64,000 nt of DNA from a virus (lineage: Duplodnaviria; Caudoviricetes): positions 1-64,000 of the IMG/VR virus record IMGVR_UViG_3300012953_003264. One strand, written 5' to 3'. This document shows, piece after piece, positions 7,081-17,497 of the stretch. The position numbers and the translations under genes were made by a program. The stretch's first letter is position 1. Each line of letters begins with the position of its first letter. The notes beneath the pieces are model-generated. The model was not told where the DNA came from. It saw only the letters and a list, made by a program, of their open reading frames with translations, and did no database searches.

Positions 7081-8796
7081 TTATATAGTTCCTAATTGTG
7101 TAAAGTTTTGTACCTTTTCAAACTTAATGATATTTGTAAACTTATCAAATAGGATATCTCCTTTGTGTGATATAATAAAGATGTTTTCTTTTTCTAGTGT
7201 TTTAATAATTTTAAAGAAATCATCTGTACCTTGGCCATCTAAACTAGAATCAAATATCTCATCTAGTATTAGTAGATTGGTATTGGTACTATTTTTCATT
7301 CTAGCAATATCTCGCCATGTAAATAGTAAGGCAAGGTCAATTCTCATTTTCTCACCCTCACTAAAGTTATTATAATTAAATGTATCTCTAAATCTTGATT
7401 TGACCGTTTCATTAAACTCTTCATCTAAATTAAAAGAGATAAAGAAGTCCATTGCTTGTAGATATTTGTTAATCAACTGATTCATTATAGGCACATATTT
7501 TCTAATGATGTTTGCCTTAGCACCTTTGTCATTAAGTATATCTCTTAATATATCTACATAACCTTTTTCTTCTTGTACCTTATCTAAATTGACTTCAGCA
7601 ACCTTTAAATCTTGTCTTAATTTTTCTAGGTCTAATTCTATTGACTCAATATCAGTTTCAGTTTGATTGCCTCTATTTAAATCTGATTGTATCTGGTCAC
7701 TATGTCTTTTCAGGCCTTCTAAAGATGAAGTTACCTTGGCTATCTCTAGGTTCATGTCTTGTATTTTTTGAGATATCTTCCCGAAAGCGTTTACTTTCTT
7801 GCTCTGTTTGGTAAGTTCTTCTACGAGCTGAGATAGTCCTGATTCTAGTTTGGAAATTTTGGAAGTTTCGTGATTGCATTTTGTTTCCTTGAATTGATGG
7901 TCAATGGATTGTGTACACACCGGACATGTGTCATTTTCACTAAAGAATTTTAAAGTTTTCTTATGAGTATCTAGGTTTTGTTCAATCTTCGTTTCTAACT
8001 TTTCTAGTTCTTTTAATTTCTTTTCTGTATTTTCTTTACCGGATAATTCATTTTGACTTATAGCTATCGCTTCATTTAAAGATTGTAGTTTTTTATCATA
8101 ATCCAGTTTATTTTCGTCATTATCCTTCAGCTTATCTAGCGAAACCTTCCTGGTGTCGTTTCCTTGCGCCTGGAGAGAATGTAGGTACTTTGCTTCAGTT
8201 TCATATTTGGTCTTTATTAACTCACATTGGTGGCGTACCTCCGTTAGACTTTTTTGTAGGTCGCTCTGTTTGGAACGCAAAATCAGGTCCATTAGGCCAA
8301 AAACTCTTATATCAAGTATCTCTTCAACAACTTCTCTTCTATATCTTGGTTTCATTTTCATAAACGGCTCGTATGATGAGGAACCTAATAGTACAACTTG
8401 AATAAAAGACCTGTAATTAAGTTTCATTATATTTTGTTCAAGGTACTTTTGATAATCTATATTGTTGGCGTCTTGATTTAGTTTCTTACCATTCTTAAAT
8501 ATTTCAAAATTATTTGGTTTAATACTTCTTCTTACTTTATAAGGTATGGTGCCGACAATAAAATCTACCTCAACAACACACTCACCATCATTAATAGTAT
8601 TGACCATTTGTTCTTTCTTAATAATTCTAAATGGTCTATTAAACAACACAAAGCACAATGCGTCTAATAGTGTTGACTTACCACTACCATTGGTGCCTAC
8701 AACTAATGTTGTTTGCGACATATCTAAATCAACCACTATTGGTTGGTTGCCTGTAGATAAAAAGTTTTTATAGGATATTCTTTTAAAGGTTATCAT
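7081..8796 (-). CDS. gp46: Recombination endonuclease ATPase subunit (Rad50/SbcC-like)
   Basis: GTNGSGKST, CPVC hook, FSEGE, LILDEIFD. Confidence 0.95.
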   Translation of the reverse strand: MITFKRISYKNFLSTGNQPIVVDLDMSQTTLVVGTNGSGKSTLLDALCFVLFNRPFRIIKKEQMVNTINDGECVVEVDFIVGTIPYKVRRSIKPNNFEIFKNGKKLNQDANNIDYQKYLEQNIMKLNYRSFIQVVLLGSSSYEPFMKMKPRYRREVVEEILDIRVFGLMDLILRSKQSDLQKSLTEVRHQCELIKTKYETEAKYLHSLQAQGNDTRKVSLDKLKDNDENKLDYDKKLQSLNEAIAISQNELSGKENTEKKLKELEKLETKIEQNLDTHKKTLKFFSENDTCPVCTQSIDHQFKETKCNHETSKISKLESGLSQLVEELTKQSKKVNAFGKISQKIQDMNLEIAKVTSSLEGLKRHSDQIQSDLNRGNQTETDIESIELDLEKLRQDLKVAEVNLDKVQEEKGYVDILRDILNDKGAKANIIRKYVPIMNQLINKYLQAMDFFISFNLDEEFNETVKSRFRDTFNYNNFSEGEKMRIDLALLFTWRDIARMKNSTNTNLLILDEIFDSSLDGQGTDDFFKIIKTLEKENIFIISHKGDILFDKFTNIIKFEKVQNFTQLGTI

Positions 8797-9839
8797 TCAC
8801 TAGCTTCACTATATAATTCGTTTGCAAAAGCTTTTAACTTTTGTTTATCTAATTCTGTATCTACCTGGTCTATGTAGTTACCTAAAAATGTTAATGTATC
8901 TTCTCCTTGGTCTAGTATGTTTTCATTAACTGAAGCGCCTATATCTGTATGGTCTTCAATAACATCTATTGCATGTACATTTATTTCATTATAGATTCTA
9001 TCCATTAATCTTTCATACATGTCATTATCTGTTTTATTTGATATATACATCTTAACAAAATGTTTATCATACTCTGATATATCTAACTTATCATAATCAT
9101 TATCTTTGTCATTATAAGTTATCTTTTTAAACATCAACATAGGATTTGGTACTCTTGATATCTCTCTTGTTTGAGTATCAAATATATGAAAACCTTTTGG
9201 ACATCTATAATCTGACCATGTCATTTCGTATTGTGTGCCAAGGTAATAGATATGACCATCATCTGATTTTTTATGAAAATGACCAGACATAACTTTTTCA
9301 AATCTTTTAAACATTGCTTTCTCTTGGCCATGGTCATTAAAATGGCCATTATGCATTTCAAAACCTTTTACTTCTAAATGACCCATTGCAATTGTAGCCT
9401 TTGTATTATCAATAGCCCTTGCCGTTTCTGCCTCGTTATCATCACAAATCCAAGGTATAAACATAATAGGTAAACCGTCAAACTCTACCTCTGTAGCATG
9501 AGTATATACTTTAGCACCTTTATTAATGTTTAAGTTTTGCATAGCATTTACTTCATTTGTATTCTTATAATAGGTATCGTGATTACCAATGATAATATGA
9601 GTATCAATGTTCATCTCTTCTAGTCTATTAAAAAATACTTTCTTAAAGTTATGTGCTGTATTGTGATTAATAAATTTTCTTCTATCTACCACATCACCTA
9701 GGTGTATCAAAGTATTGATATTATATTGTTGCAAATATGGAAAAAATACCTCATTATAGAATCTATTTTGATATTCTATAAAAGCAGGACTATCATTTCT
9801 ACAACCAAAATGTGTGTCGTTTAATAATGCAATCTTCAT
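8793..9839 (-). CDS. gp47: Recombination endonuclease nuclease subunit (Mre11/SbcD-like)
   Basis: DTHFG, HLGD, GNHD, GHFH. Confidence 0.95.
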   Translation of the reverse strand: MKIALLNDTHFGCRNDSPAFIEYQNRFYNEVFFPYLQQYNINTLIHLGDVVDRRKFINHNTAHNFKKVFFNRLEEMNIDTHIIIGNHDTYYKNTNEVNAMQNLNINKGAKVYTHATEVEFDGLPIMFIPWICDDNEAETARAIDNTKATIAMGHLEVKGFEMHNGHFNDHGQEKAMFKRFEKVMSGHFHKKSDDGHIYYLGTQYEMTWSDYRCPKGFHIFDTQTREISRVPNPMLMFKKITYNDKDNDYDKLDISEYDKHFVKMYISNKTDNDMYERLMDRIYNEINVHAIDVIEDHTDIGASVNENILDQGEDTLTFLGNYIDQVDTELDKQKLKAFANELYSEASE

Positions 9840-9845
9840 AGGTCA

Positions 9846-10331
9846 TTATTTTTTATCATCTTTTACACCCATATTCTTTTGTAAAAACTCTGTAAATTGA
9901 TTTCTAAACTCTCTGTCTTCACCTGGTTGTAATGCCATATCGTCATAATTCGCTTCAGTTATCATTCTTTGTTTAATTGTTACTTGTTTCTTTTCTTTCT
10001 GTATTCTTCTAACAAAGGCGTAATAGATAATCTGCGTGAAATATGCAAATGGATTACTAGATGATTCGGGGTTAAAGTTATCAAGATACTGTAAACAGTT
10101 TTCTATACCATCACTAATCATATCATCTCTGTATGTATAGTTGATAAAATTAGGTCTGTACGATAGGTGATTCGCTATCTTTAAAAAACATTCACCGATA
10201 TAATCTGGTACAACCGGTTTTTCTTTTTTTTCTTTTGCCGCTTTGTCAACAGACTTTTTGTATTCAACCATTGCAAGGAAGAATTCTTTGTTGTTAACAT
10301 AGTGTTCGGATTTCTTTTTTGATTTTGCCAT
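9846..10331 (-). CDS. gp55: Late sigma factor
   Basis: HYVNNKEF, RPNFINYTYRDDMISDGIENC, NPFAYFTQI. Confidence 0.95.
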   Translation of the reverse strand: MAKSKKKSEHYVNNKEFFLAMVEYKKSVDKAAKEKKEKPVVPDYIGECFLKIANHLSYRPNFINYTYRDDMISDGIENCLQYLDNFNPESSSNPFAYFTQIIYYAFVRRIQKEKKQVTIKQRMITEANYDDMALQPGEDREFRNQFTEFLQKNMGVKDDKK

Positions 10332-10340
10332 AATAATCTC

Positions 10341-10369
10341 ACTTTATACTATATTCACTTAAATGTCAA
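10341..10369 (-). promoter_or_regulatory. Sigma70-like promoter of gp55, TTGACA-17-TAAAGT
   Basis: Consensus -35 with correct spacing. Confidence 0.6.
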
Positions 10370-10383
10370 TGTTCATTCCAAGG

Positions 10384-10411
10384 TTGACATTTGTTTTTTT
10401 ATCCGTATAAT
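10384..10411 (+). promoter_or_regulatory. Sigma70 consensus promoter TTGACA-16-TATAAT facing antisense to the uvsW operon
   Basis: Both hexamers are perfect; no plus-strand ORF follows. Confidence 0.5.
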
Positions 10412-10441
10412 AACGGTGTCCGTTTTCACCAAGACAAGCTC

Positions 10442-10882
10442 CTAGTGAATAGTAGGAGGGTCTTCATCATCATCTAAAAATTCATCAAATATTTCATTTA
10501 CTTTTTCATTTTGTTGAGGCGTAAAGGCCTCTCTTTGATATGTTTTATCTTCTTTAGGATTATCTAACTTATTATAATTATTTGCAATATGACTATAACT
10601 AACCGCCATCTCTGGAGAGGCGTTTGTTATTGTTAATATTTTATCCTTAGGAATAGTAACTATAGAATCGTTTGTATAATTAGTCCAACGAATCAAAGCA
10701 ATGTAATCTCTAAAACCTTTAGGTGTTATTTGAGGTACATACTTAATTTGTAATGGCTTTTCTAAACGAATCAGAATTGATTTGTCCGGCAACTGAGCGT
10801 CACCAGTTGGCATAACAGTAACTATATCGTCACCGTTAATCAGTTTAACTATTTTAATTTGTTGTTTCTGCATTGTTGGCAT
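10442..10882 (-). CDS. Conserved T4-like hypothetical protein (possible Sm-like fold)
   Basis: IVKLINGDDIV pattern; lies next to uvsW. Confidence 0.65.
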   Translation of the reverse strand: MPTMQKQQIKIVKLINGDDIVTVMPTGDAQLPDKSILIRLEKPLQIKYVPQITPKGFRDYIALIRWTNYTNDSIVTIPKDKILTITNASPEMAVSYSHIANNYNKLDNPKEDKTYQREAFTPQQNEKVNEIFDEFLDDDEDPPTIH

Positions 10883-12356
10883 TGTTCAACTCCACATTAT
10901 GGATTTCATATTCAAAGTCTTCTTCGCTGTATATATTTATCCGTTCTCTAAAATGAGAAAGTGTATAGTTTTCTTTCTCGTTATATGTTAAGTCATCTGA
11001 AATATCGTATAATGTCGCATGACTATTATTATCTTTTAATCTTAATCCTCTTCCTATTGATTGTAAGTTTCTTATCCTAGATTTGGTAGGACTAGCAAAA
11101 ATAACATTATGCAAATTCCTAATATTAATTCCAGTTGAGAAGGTTCCGAACGAAGCCACGATAATGGCATTGTCAGACTTCTCCGTAATTTCTCGTATCT
11201 TTTCTCTTTCATCTGTATCAACTCCTCCATGAACATAAAACACCTGTTTGTCTGTTGCTTTTTCTTTTATAGATTGGTGTAAATCTTTACCATGTTTTTC
11301 TACAAACTGAAACAAACATAATGTATTGCCTTGTAAACCAGAGGCCAAGTTTCTAATATACTTGTTTCTCTTATCACTTCTAACAATATAATCCATCTCT
11401 TCTTGATAGTTCATACCACTAGCATGTTTACACTCAATAGGTCCATGTTTTAATATTAAACAATAAATTTTTAAATCGGCTAATTGTTTCTTTTCTTGTA
11501 ATTCGGTTGTAGATACTACCTTATTTACTGCACCGAATAAGCCTTCTAATACAAGTTTATGTGTTTTACTACCATCTAAAGTACCGGTCATACCAACCTT
11601 ATATGGGCATTTTTCCAACTTTGTCAATATTTTAGTAAGTGATACTGCCTTGAATAAGTGTGCTTCGTCACCTATTATCATACCAATATCTTTAAAATAT
11701 TTTTTTGGTAAATTATAAATTGATTGCCATGTAGAGATAACTACAGGCTTGTTGGTCTCTTTAGAATGACCTTGATAAATTCTATGTACATTTCTTTCAG
11801 GTGACCAACCATAATCTTTAAAATCTTTATATAGTTGTTCTACCAAAGATGTTGTTGGTACTATTATTAATATCTTCTTCTTCTTTTCTTTTAACCGAAG
11901 AATGTTAAACCTAACAAGAAGATAAGTAATAAGAGATTTTCCACTAGCTGTGGGGGATAAAAGTAAACAGCGATTTTTTCTAGTTGCATAAACAAAGGCC
12001 TCCTTCTGGTAATCTCTAACCTTAAAAGGAATATTTAGTGCTTTAATAAACTTGTCAACCTTACTATCATCAACTTTAGTGTCTTCAATTTTAGTACCAT
12101 CAACAACTTCTATCTTATTTCTTTTACACCAATCTACTATGTAAGGATATAAACCAACATATATTTGACCAGTTGCATATGAATATAATCTTATTTTTCC
12201 GTCCCATACTCTGTTACGGTATTGAGGCATAAATTTGAAACCAGGCACCTCAAAGGTAAAATATTCTCCTAGTTCTCTACGAATATCATCATCAGCCTCT
12301 ATTTTGAGGTAGACATCATTTTTCTTTTCTATAACAAGATATCTAATATTGGGCAC
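10854..12356 (-). CDS. uvsW: UvsW SF2 helicase
   Basis: FEVPGFKFMP..WDGKIRL, SPTASGKS, DEAH, QSIGRGLR. Confidence 0.95.
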   Translation of the reverse strand: MPNIRYLVIEKKNDVYLKIEADDDIRRELGEYFTFEVPGFKFMPQYRNRVWDGKIRLYSYATGQIYVGLYPYIVDWCKRNKIEVVDGTKIEDTKVDDSKVDKFIKALNIPFKVRDYQKEAFVYATRKNRCLLLSPTASGKSLITYLLVRFNILRLKEKKKKILIIVPTTSLVEQLYKDFKDYGWSPERNVHRIYQGHSKETNKPVVISTWQSIYNLPKKYFKDIGMIIGDEAHLFKAVSLTKILTKLEKCPYKVGMTGTLDGSKTHKLVLEGLFGAVNKVVSTTELQEKKQLADLKIYCLILKHGPIECKHASGMNYQEEMDYIVRSDKRNKYIRNLASGLQGNTLCLFQFVEKHGKDLHQSIKEKATDKQVFYVHGGVDTDEREKIREITEKSDNAIIVASFGTFSTGINIRNLHNVIFASPTKSRIRNLQSIGRGLRLKDNNSHATLYDISDDLTYNEKENYTLSHFRERINIYSEEDFEYEIHNVELNNANNAETTN

Positions 12357-12784
12357 TATATAGCTCCACTAGTAAACTTTCGCCACTCAATGGCATTTTT
12401 TATTGTGAAAGATTTATTAGTGATTTGCCTTATAGTTCTATCTAAAAATGAAACAGTTGTATTTAAGTAATCAACTTTTTGTTTTGCCCTTATATACTCT
12501 TCGTTAGATTGTATATACTGGTCTACATCTTGTCTTAATAATTTAAAGTTAAAAGGCTTATCTGCATATACAGAAGCGTCTGCTTTGCCAGTATAATACT
12601 CCCATAATACTTTTTTGGTAGTAGCTAAGTCTGCTTCTGCTTTACTTAACATCAATTGAAACTTTGTTAAAAATTTCATATACTTGTTATGTAATTGAGG
12701 AATTTTTAATGATTCCAGGTCTAACTCTGTATCATTAATTTTTAAATCTTTATCTGCTAATTCTTGTAATTGTTCTAAATCCAT
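12356..12784 (-). CDS. uvsY: UvsY recombination mediator
   Basis: IPQLHNKY, IKNAIEWRKF.SG. Confidence 0.9.
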   Translation of the reverse strand: MDLEQLQELADKDLKINDTELDLESLKIPQLHNKYMKFLTKFQLMLSKAEADLATTKKVLWEYYTGKADASVYADKPFNFKLLRQDVDQYIQSNEEYIRAKQKVDYLNTTVSFLDRTIRQITNKSFTIKNAIEWRKFTSGAI

Positions 12785-12793
12785 AATATAAAC

Positions 12794-12822
12794 ACCTTAT
12801 CATAATATATTAAAAATGTAAA
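12794..12822 (-). promoter_or_regulatory. Sigma70-like promoter TTTACA-17-TAAGGT of uvsY
   Basis: Correct spacing; very short predicted leader. Confidence 0.55.
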
Positions 12823-12825
12823 GCC

Positions 12826-13467
12826 TTAACTGACCGTTTCTGTAGTCCTTGAGGCACCTTTTGTTGCGAATTCGTATATTTTATATTTGAAAACCACACT
12901 TGCCGTTAGATACTCCACATCAGCAGCTTGTTGATTAAAATTTAAGGCTGATAGAGATACAGGAAAAACATCACTAAATCTAACTTCAATATTTGCATTA
13001 TTTTTACTTGTTAAAATATTTAATGTGGCGTCTGAAAATATTGGTCCTAAAGGAACAGCTGCGTCACCTTCTTTTAGTCTAGCACCGTCACCTGGTAATG
13101 TCAATGTAGTATCTTTACCTTGTATTGGAAATCTATCTTTACCTGATTTTACTAACTCTGTAAATTGTGACCTATCTCTAGGAAAACCTATGCCTGTTAA
13201 CCAACCATGTATTTCTCTATAGTTTTCTAAATTTTCATCTACCATAAATGACATTTCTAAATCGGCAAATGTTAATTTTTCACCTGGTAAAGGGATATCT
13301 TTTAGTGGAGATTGTTGAGTTGTTGAGTTTAACTCTACACCAGGCAGATTTACAGCAGTACCGAAAAACTCCACTTTAGGTAATTTAAGTATTTGAAACT
13401 TAAATTGAGTAGGTGAAGCGTAATCAAGTTTTGATGGTTGTCTATCAAGTTTGCTTGTTGTAGTCAT
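12826..13467 (-). CDS. gp3: Tail tube terminator / tail completion protein
   Basis: ASPTQFKF, PLPGEKLTF.DL..SFMVDENLENY.EI..W; tube-protein fold family; follows gp23. Confidence 0.8.
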   Translation of the reverse strand: MTTTSKLDRQPSKLDYASPTQFKFQILKLPKVEFFGTAVNLPGVELNSTTQQSPLKDIPLPGEKLTFADLEMSFMVDENLENYREIHGWLTGIGFPRDRSQFTELVKSGKDRFPIQGKDTTLTLPGDGARLKEGDAAVPLGPIFSDATLNILTSKNNANIEVRFSDVFPVSLSALNFNQQAADVEYLTASVVFKYKIYEFATKGASRTTETVS

Positions 13468-13472
13468 AATAA

Positions 13473-13480
13473 TATTTATC
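13473..13480 (-). promoter_or_regulatory. Late promoter variant GATAAATA
   Basis: 5 nt upstream of the gp3 ATG. Confidence 0.55.
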
Positions 13481-13497
13481 CATTTCGGAGGAAGACC

Positions 13498-13528
13498 AAA
13501 AAAAAAGGGGACCGAAGCCCCCTTTTTT
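13498..13528 (-). terminator. Rho-independent terminator after gp23
   Basis: GGGGGC-TTCG-GTCCCC followed by a long T run. Confidence 0.9.
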
Positions 13529-13552
13529 AAGTTTGTTGAATACTAACCAGTA

Positions 13553-14890
13553 TTACATTAAGTTTGCAACTTGCACTCTTTGGTAATATCTGTTTGAGTT
13601 AGCAGAACCAGCGTCATTTACTGCTGTAGCAGCACCTGAAATCGCACCAGTTTCAGCAAAAGGATTAGCGATTAAGCCGTATCTTGTTTTGAAACCGATT
13701 TTTGGTTGGAAAGTATCTTGACCAACTGCTCTAACCATTTGTAGAGGCACATATGGACAATAGAACATACCAGCGTCATAAGGTGAAGTACCTTTATAAC
13801 CTACTACATAGTATTGTTTAGCTGCTGAGTTAGCAGAATATGGGTCAATATATACTTTGAATCTGCCGTTTAGGACACCTGCGAAAGTGTTACCTGTATC
13901 GTCAACATTCAAATTGTTGTTTAACGCTGGAGTGTAATCTAAAACTCCTGCCATTTGAAGAGCACTAGCAACATCTGAAGAACAGATAATCATGTTACCT
14001 TTTCCTCTTCTTGTTCTTTGTGCTATTCTGTTCGCATCTCTTTCAAGTTGGAACATTAAACCTTTAAATCTTTCAACAGACCATCTACCGTTTGAGTCTG
14101 TATCTAAATCAAAGATACCAGCAGTTGTTGTATTTACAGCAGCGCCTTTTTCAGCGTTGATGTAAACAGTTCTTACAACTTCTCTGTTAATTTCTGCTAA
14201 AATTTCAGCAGACAAGATGTTTGCAAGTTCTGTTTCTGCGTCTAAACCGTGGATTGCTTTAAGGTCTTGAGCGAGTTCCATTGTGTACTCTGCTTTAAGA
14301 GCTCTTGATTTAGCAGTAACAGTTGATTTCTCAATTGAGAATGCCATTTCAGCAAATGCGTTTCCACTTGCGTCACCTAATGCTTCAGCAGCTGCTGTAG
14401 TCATAGCAGTACCTTTTGTGAAAGTACCTGGTGAACCATCGTTTAGTACAGATGGATTTGTACCGGCATTAGCTGTTGTTGAGTAACCGTCAACAGATGA
14501 GCCAGCAGCGTTTCTTCCAGAAAAGTCAGTATCAGCTTCGTCAAACATTGCTTCTGCACCTGTTTGATTAGTGTATCTGCTTCTCATTGCGAAGATTAGT
14601 CCAGTTGGACCAGTCATTGGTTGAACACCAGCAATATCGTAAGCGATAAGGTTAGGCATTGCTCTTCTTACTAATGAAATTAGGATTGGATCCCAATTAG
14701 CAATAGATGAACCGGTTGCGTTTGTTGGCGCAGCCTCTGTCATAAAAGCTTGGTCTTCCTTAGCAGCTCTTTCTTGGTTTTCCAAGATAACTGATGTAAC
14801 GGCTCGTCTGTAAGAGTCCTTGATTTCTGGTAAATCAGGATGTTCTAACACAGGCTGCCATTTTTTTTCGTGAGTTTCGGATAAGTACAT
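13553..14890 (-). CDS. gp23: Major capsid protein
   Basis: GVQPMTGPTGLIFAMR, AKSRALKAEYTMELAQDL, FQPKIGFKTRYG. Confidence 0.98.
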   Translation of the reverse strand: MYLSETHEKKWQPVLEHPDLPEIKDSYRRAVTSVILENQERAAKEDQAFMTEAAPTNATGSSIANWDPILISLVRRAMPNLIAYDIAGVQPMTGPTGLIFAMRSRYTNQTGAEAMFDEADTDFSGRNAAGSSVDGYSTTANAGTNPSVLNDGSPGTFTKGTAMTTAAAEALGDASGNAFAEMAFSIEKSTVTAKSRALKAEYTMELAQDLKAIHGLDAETELANILSAEILAEINREVVRTVYINAEKGAAVNTTTAGIFDLDTDSNGRWSVERFKGLMFQLERDANRIAQRTRRGKGNMIICSSDVASALQMAGVLDYTPALNNNLNVDDTGNTFAGVLNGRFKVYIDPYSANSAAKQYYVVGYKGTSPYDAGMFYCPYVPLQMVRAVGQDTFQPKIGFKTRYGLIANPFAETGAISGAATAVNDAGSANSNRYYQRVQVANLM

Positions 14891-14916
14891 TTTATTTTCT
14901 CCCTTTTTCCGTTTTA

Positions 14917-16125
14917 CTAAAGTTTTAAATCTTTAGTTTTGCTTATAGCGGCAGTGTAAGCAGCCATAGCTTTCGATAAATCTTCATTTGAAGTTTCATC
15001 GCCAGCCGCCACATCATCTAAATCTTTCGCTTCAGATTTTTGTCCAAAATATGATTCTTTAATAGTTTCACATTTTTTCTTAAAGTCCTCTGCGTCAGAG
15101 TAGTCAATTTCTTCGGCAAGTTTAGCAAATTTTTCTTTTGCTGTATCAGCTAAATCTGAAGATACTTCAGACATGATTTCACTCTTTGTCTTTTCTGCAT
15201 TTTCTTTTTTAACTTCTACATTTTTCTCAATTTGCTCATTGAGTTGCTTTTCCAAATCTTCAATCTTTTGTGCTTGGTCTTCAAGTACATTGTATTTTTC
15301 ATCTGGAACATCAATGTAATGCTCAGCAAATAACTTTTTAAGACCTGTGATAAAGTCTTCAGCTATTTCACCTTTAATGCCTCTTTCAAGAGCGATTTCG
15401 TTTTCTTTCATCCACTCTTCTACGACATAAGATAAGTAACTGTCAACTTTTTCAGTTAGTTCTTCTTTTGCTGTTGCACTATCTTGCTCTAATTTGGTAT
15501 TCATATCTGCTTCCATGATTTCAGCAATCTCTTTAACTTTTGAGTTTACTGCTGATTCAAAAACGGTTGCAGCTTTTGATTTAAATTCTTCAGAAAGGTC
15601 GTCTTGTCCAGCGACAATAGCTTTCATATGCTCATCTACTTCTTCTTTATTCATTTTGTAGTCAGATTGCATGTAACCAGCTTTCATTGGTTTTTTCTTC
15701 ATGTCATCTTTTGGCATATCTTCCTCTTTGACTTCATCTTTAGCATCCTTCTTGTCTTCTTTTTCTTCAGACTTTTCTTTATGCTTTTTCAATGCGTCAA
15801 GAGCAGCTTTTGGCATTTCGCCTTCGTTTACGACTTCTCCATCTTTTGAAGTTTCTTCCTTCTTATCTAAAGTAGGCATTGGGTCAGCTGCACCTTGCGA
15901 TTTTTGTGGTGCTTGACCAGAAACCTGTTTTACTTTTTTAGTTGCGTCCGGATTGCTGTCTGTATTTTTAACAACAGCTGGACCTAAATCTTCTGCCTCA
16001 TTAGACATCTTTGAAGGTTCAGCCGCTACAGCATTCTTTTTAGGAGCATCCGCTTGGGGATTGGCACTTGCCTCAGCAACTGCTTCTTGCTCTAACGCCT
16101 CTAACTTATTTTCTGTATCGGCCAT
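14917..16125 (-). CDS. gp22: Prohead scaffolding/core protein
   Basis: SEEFKSKAATVFESAV, KVDSYLSYVVEEW, EHYIDVP; long charged N-terminal extension. Confidence 0.92.
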   Translation of the reverse strand: MADTENKLEALEQEAVAEASANPQADAPKKNAVAAEPSKMSNEAEDLGPAVVKNTDSNPDATKKVKQVSGQAPQKSQGAADPMPTLDKKEETSKDGEVVNEGEMPKAALDALKKHKEKSEEKEDKKDAKDEVKEEDMPKDDMKKKPMKAGYMQSDYKMNKEEVDEHMKAIVAGQDDLSEEFKSKAATVFESAVNSKVKEIAEIMEADMNTKLEQDSATAKEELTEKVDSYLSYVVEEWMKENEIALERGIKGEIAEDFITGLKKLFAEHYIDVPDEKYNVLEDQAQKIEDLEKQLNEQIEKNVEVKKENAEKTKSEIMSEVSSDLADTAKEKFAKLAEEIDYSDAEDFKKKCETIKESYFGQKSEAKDLDDVAAGDETSNEDLSKAMAAYTAAISKTKDLKL

Positions 16126-16182
16126 GTGAGAAATCTCCTCTTATTTTTTTAAAATAACTAGTTATTTTTCTTCTCTTGTAGA

Positions 16183-16190
16183 TATTTATA
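16183..16190 (-). promoter_or_regulatory. T4 late promoter upstream of gp22
   Basis: Exact TATAAATA. Confidence 0.8.
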
Positions 16191-16193
16191 AGA

Positions 16194-16838
16194 TTAAAGT
16201 TTTTCAAGAAACGATTTAAACACATTGGCCTTACTTTCGGCCAATTTTAGTCTTTTTGCTTCTTTGATATGTGCTTTATACTCTTCAATATCTTGTTGTT
16301 TTATTATACCATTATCCCATACCCACTCTTTATTTTCCATAATACCTTCTACGAAAGCGTCTGGAGCAGAGGGGTCTGCCACAATGTCAGCGGCTGTAGC
16401 CAAGTAGAAATCTTTACCTACATAGTTACTACCGTTCTTTGTAATCATTGAACCCATACCTCTTGAAGATACTCCTAATTGAGCGCCTTCATCAATAAGA
16501 CCTTTTACAATCTTACCGTATGGAGTGTCCATGATTTTTGCTTCACCGATAAAATTTTTGCCTTCAGATTTTAAAGAAGTTATCATATGTGATACTCTCT
16601 CTAAATTAACAACTGGACCATCTGGATGACCTAGTTCTCCGAACGCTCTTTTTTTATCAATAAATTCTGAGGTATATCTGTTTACTTCTTTCGCCAAGAT
16701 ATCATTTTCATATATTCGTCCATTTCTATTTTTGATATCTGATTGTAAGAATACACCTTTAATCTTGTAATTCTTTTTACCATTGGTTTCTTCTACCAGG
16801 TATTCTGCGTTTTGAATTTCTTCCGATATTAGTTTCAT
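16194..16838 (-). CDS. gp21: Prohead protease
   Basis: KNRNGRIY, GELGHP, VSHMI, GVSSRGMGS, DPSAPDAFV. Confidence 0.96.
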   Translation of the reverse strand: MKLISEEIQNAEYLVEETNGKKNYKIKGVFLQSDIKNRNGRIYENDILAKEVNRYTSEFIDKKRAFGELGHPDGPVVNLERVSHMITSLKSEGKNFIGEAKIMDTPYGKIVKGLIDEGAQLGVSSRGMGSMITKNGSNYVGKDFYLATAADIVADPSAPDAFVEGIMENKEWVWDNGIIKQQDIEEYKAHIKEAKRLKLAESKANVFKSFLEKL

Positions 16839-16859
16839 GGTTTGTTCTCTTCTCTCTAT

Positions 16860-16867
16860 TATTTATA
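16860..16867 (-). promoter_or_regulatory. T4 late promoter upstream of gp21
   Basis: Exact TATAAATA. Confidence 0.8.
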
Positions 16868-16874
16868 ACGGATT

Positions 16875-17267
16875 TTATCTAAACTCTACTAAAATCGTGT
16901 AATTGTCACCACTAGCAAAGTTTTTAGTGGATAATAAGACATCTCCAGTAGGCGTGGTCGCATTATTTGTTATCTCATTACCACTTGTTCTTAAATCCCA
17001 ATGACCTTGACCTGATAAAAGTACAGCCGTTGCGTTAGTAGCTCCGTCCCAATGAAGCTCTACTGCTGACTTACTATTAGCAGTGTTAATAGAATACCAT
17101 ATTTTTGATATGTTTCTATTGCCATCTTCGGTCATAAATGTTGTTGCTGAAGCGTCAACCTTATTAACCAAATCTTCGCCTGTACCGTCAGATAAGTTTG
17201 TCATTTTAACTACAAATTTTTGACCTGAAGTATCCGTTAAAGTTTGTGTTGTTACTATATCTGCCAT
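16875..17267 (-). CDS. Beta-rich 130-aa protein, putative virion component
   Basis: Thr/Gly-rich; weak similarity to 17924-18316. Confidence 0.6.
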   Translation of the reverse strand: MADIVTTQTLTDTSGQKFVVKMTNLSDGTGEDLVNKVDASATTFMTEDGNRNISKIWYSINTANSKSAVELHWDGATNATAVLLSGQGHWDLRTSGNEITNNATTPTGDVLLSTKNFASGDNYTILVEFR

Positions 17268-17270
17268 TTA

Positions 17271-17492
17271 TTACTCCAATATTAACTTCTTAATATGTCT
17301 ATTTCCTAGACTATCTTCTTCAATTTCTGCTTTAGACTTTAGGCATTGATACTGAACACTACCACCACCTTTTAATTGCCTTTCAGCTATCCTTTTTCCT
17401 TTTAAACACATAGACATTGATTCTTGTATTCTATGCTCCTTAATCTCTTGATTTACAATCATTAGCAAAGCTACAACTGTTTCTACTATCAT
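17271..17492 (-). CDS. Small protein with hydrophobic N-terminus and two Cys
   Basis: ORF in the operon. Confidence 0.6.
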   Translation of the reverse strand: MIVETVVALLMIVNQEIKEHRIQESMSMCLKGKRIAERQLKGGGSVQYQCLKSKAEIEEDSLGNRHIKKLILE

Positions 17493-17497
17493 AATCG

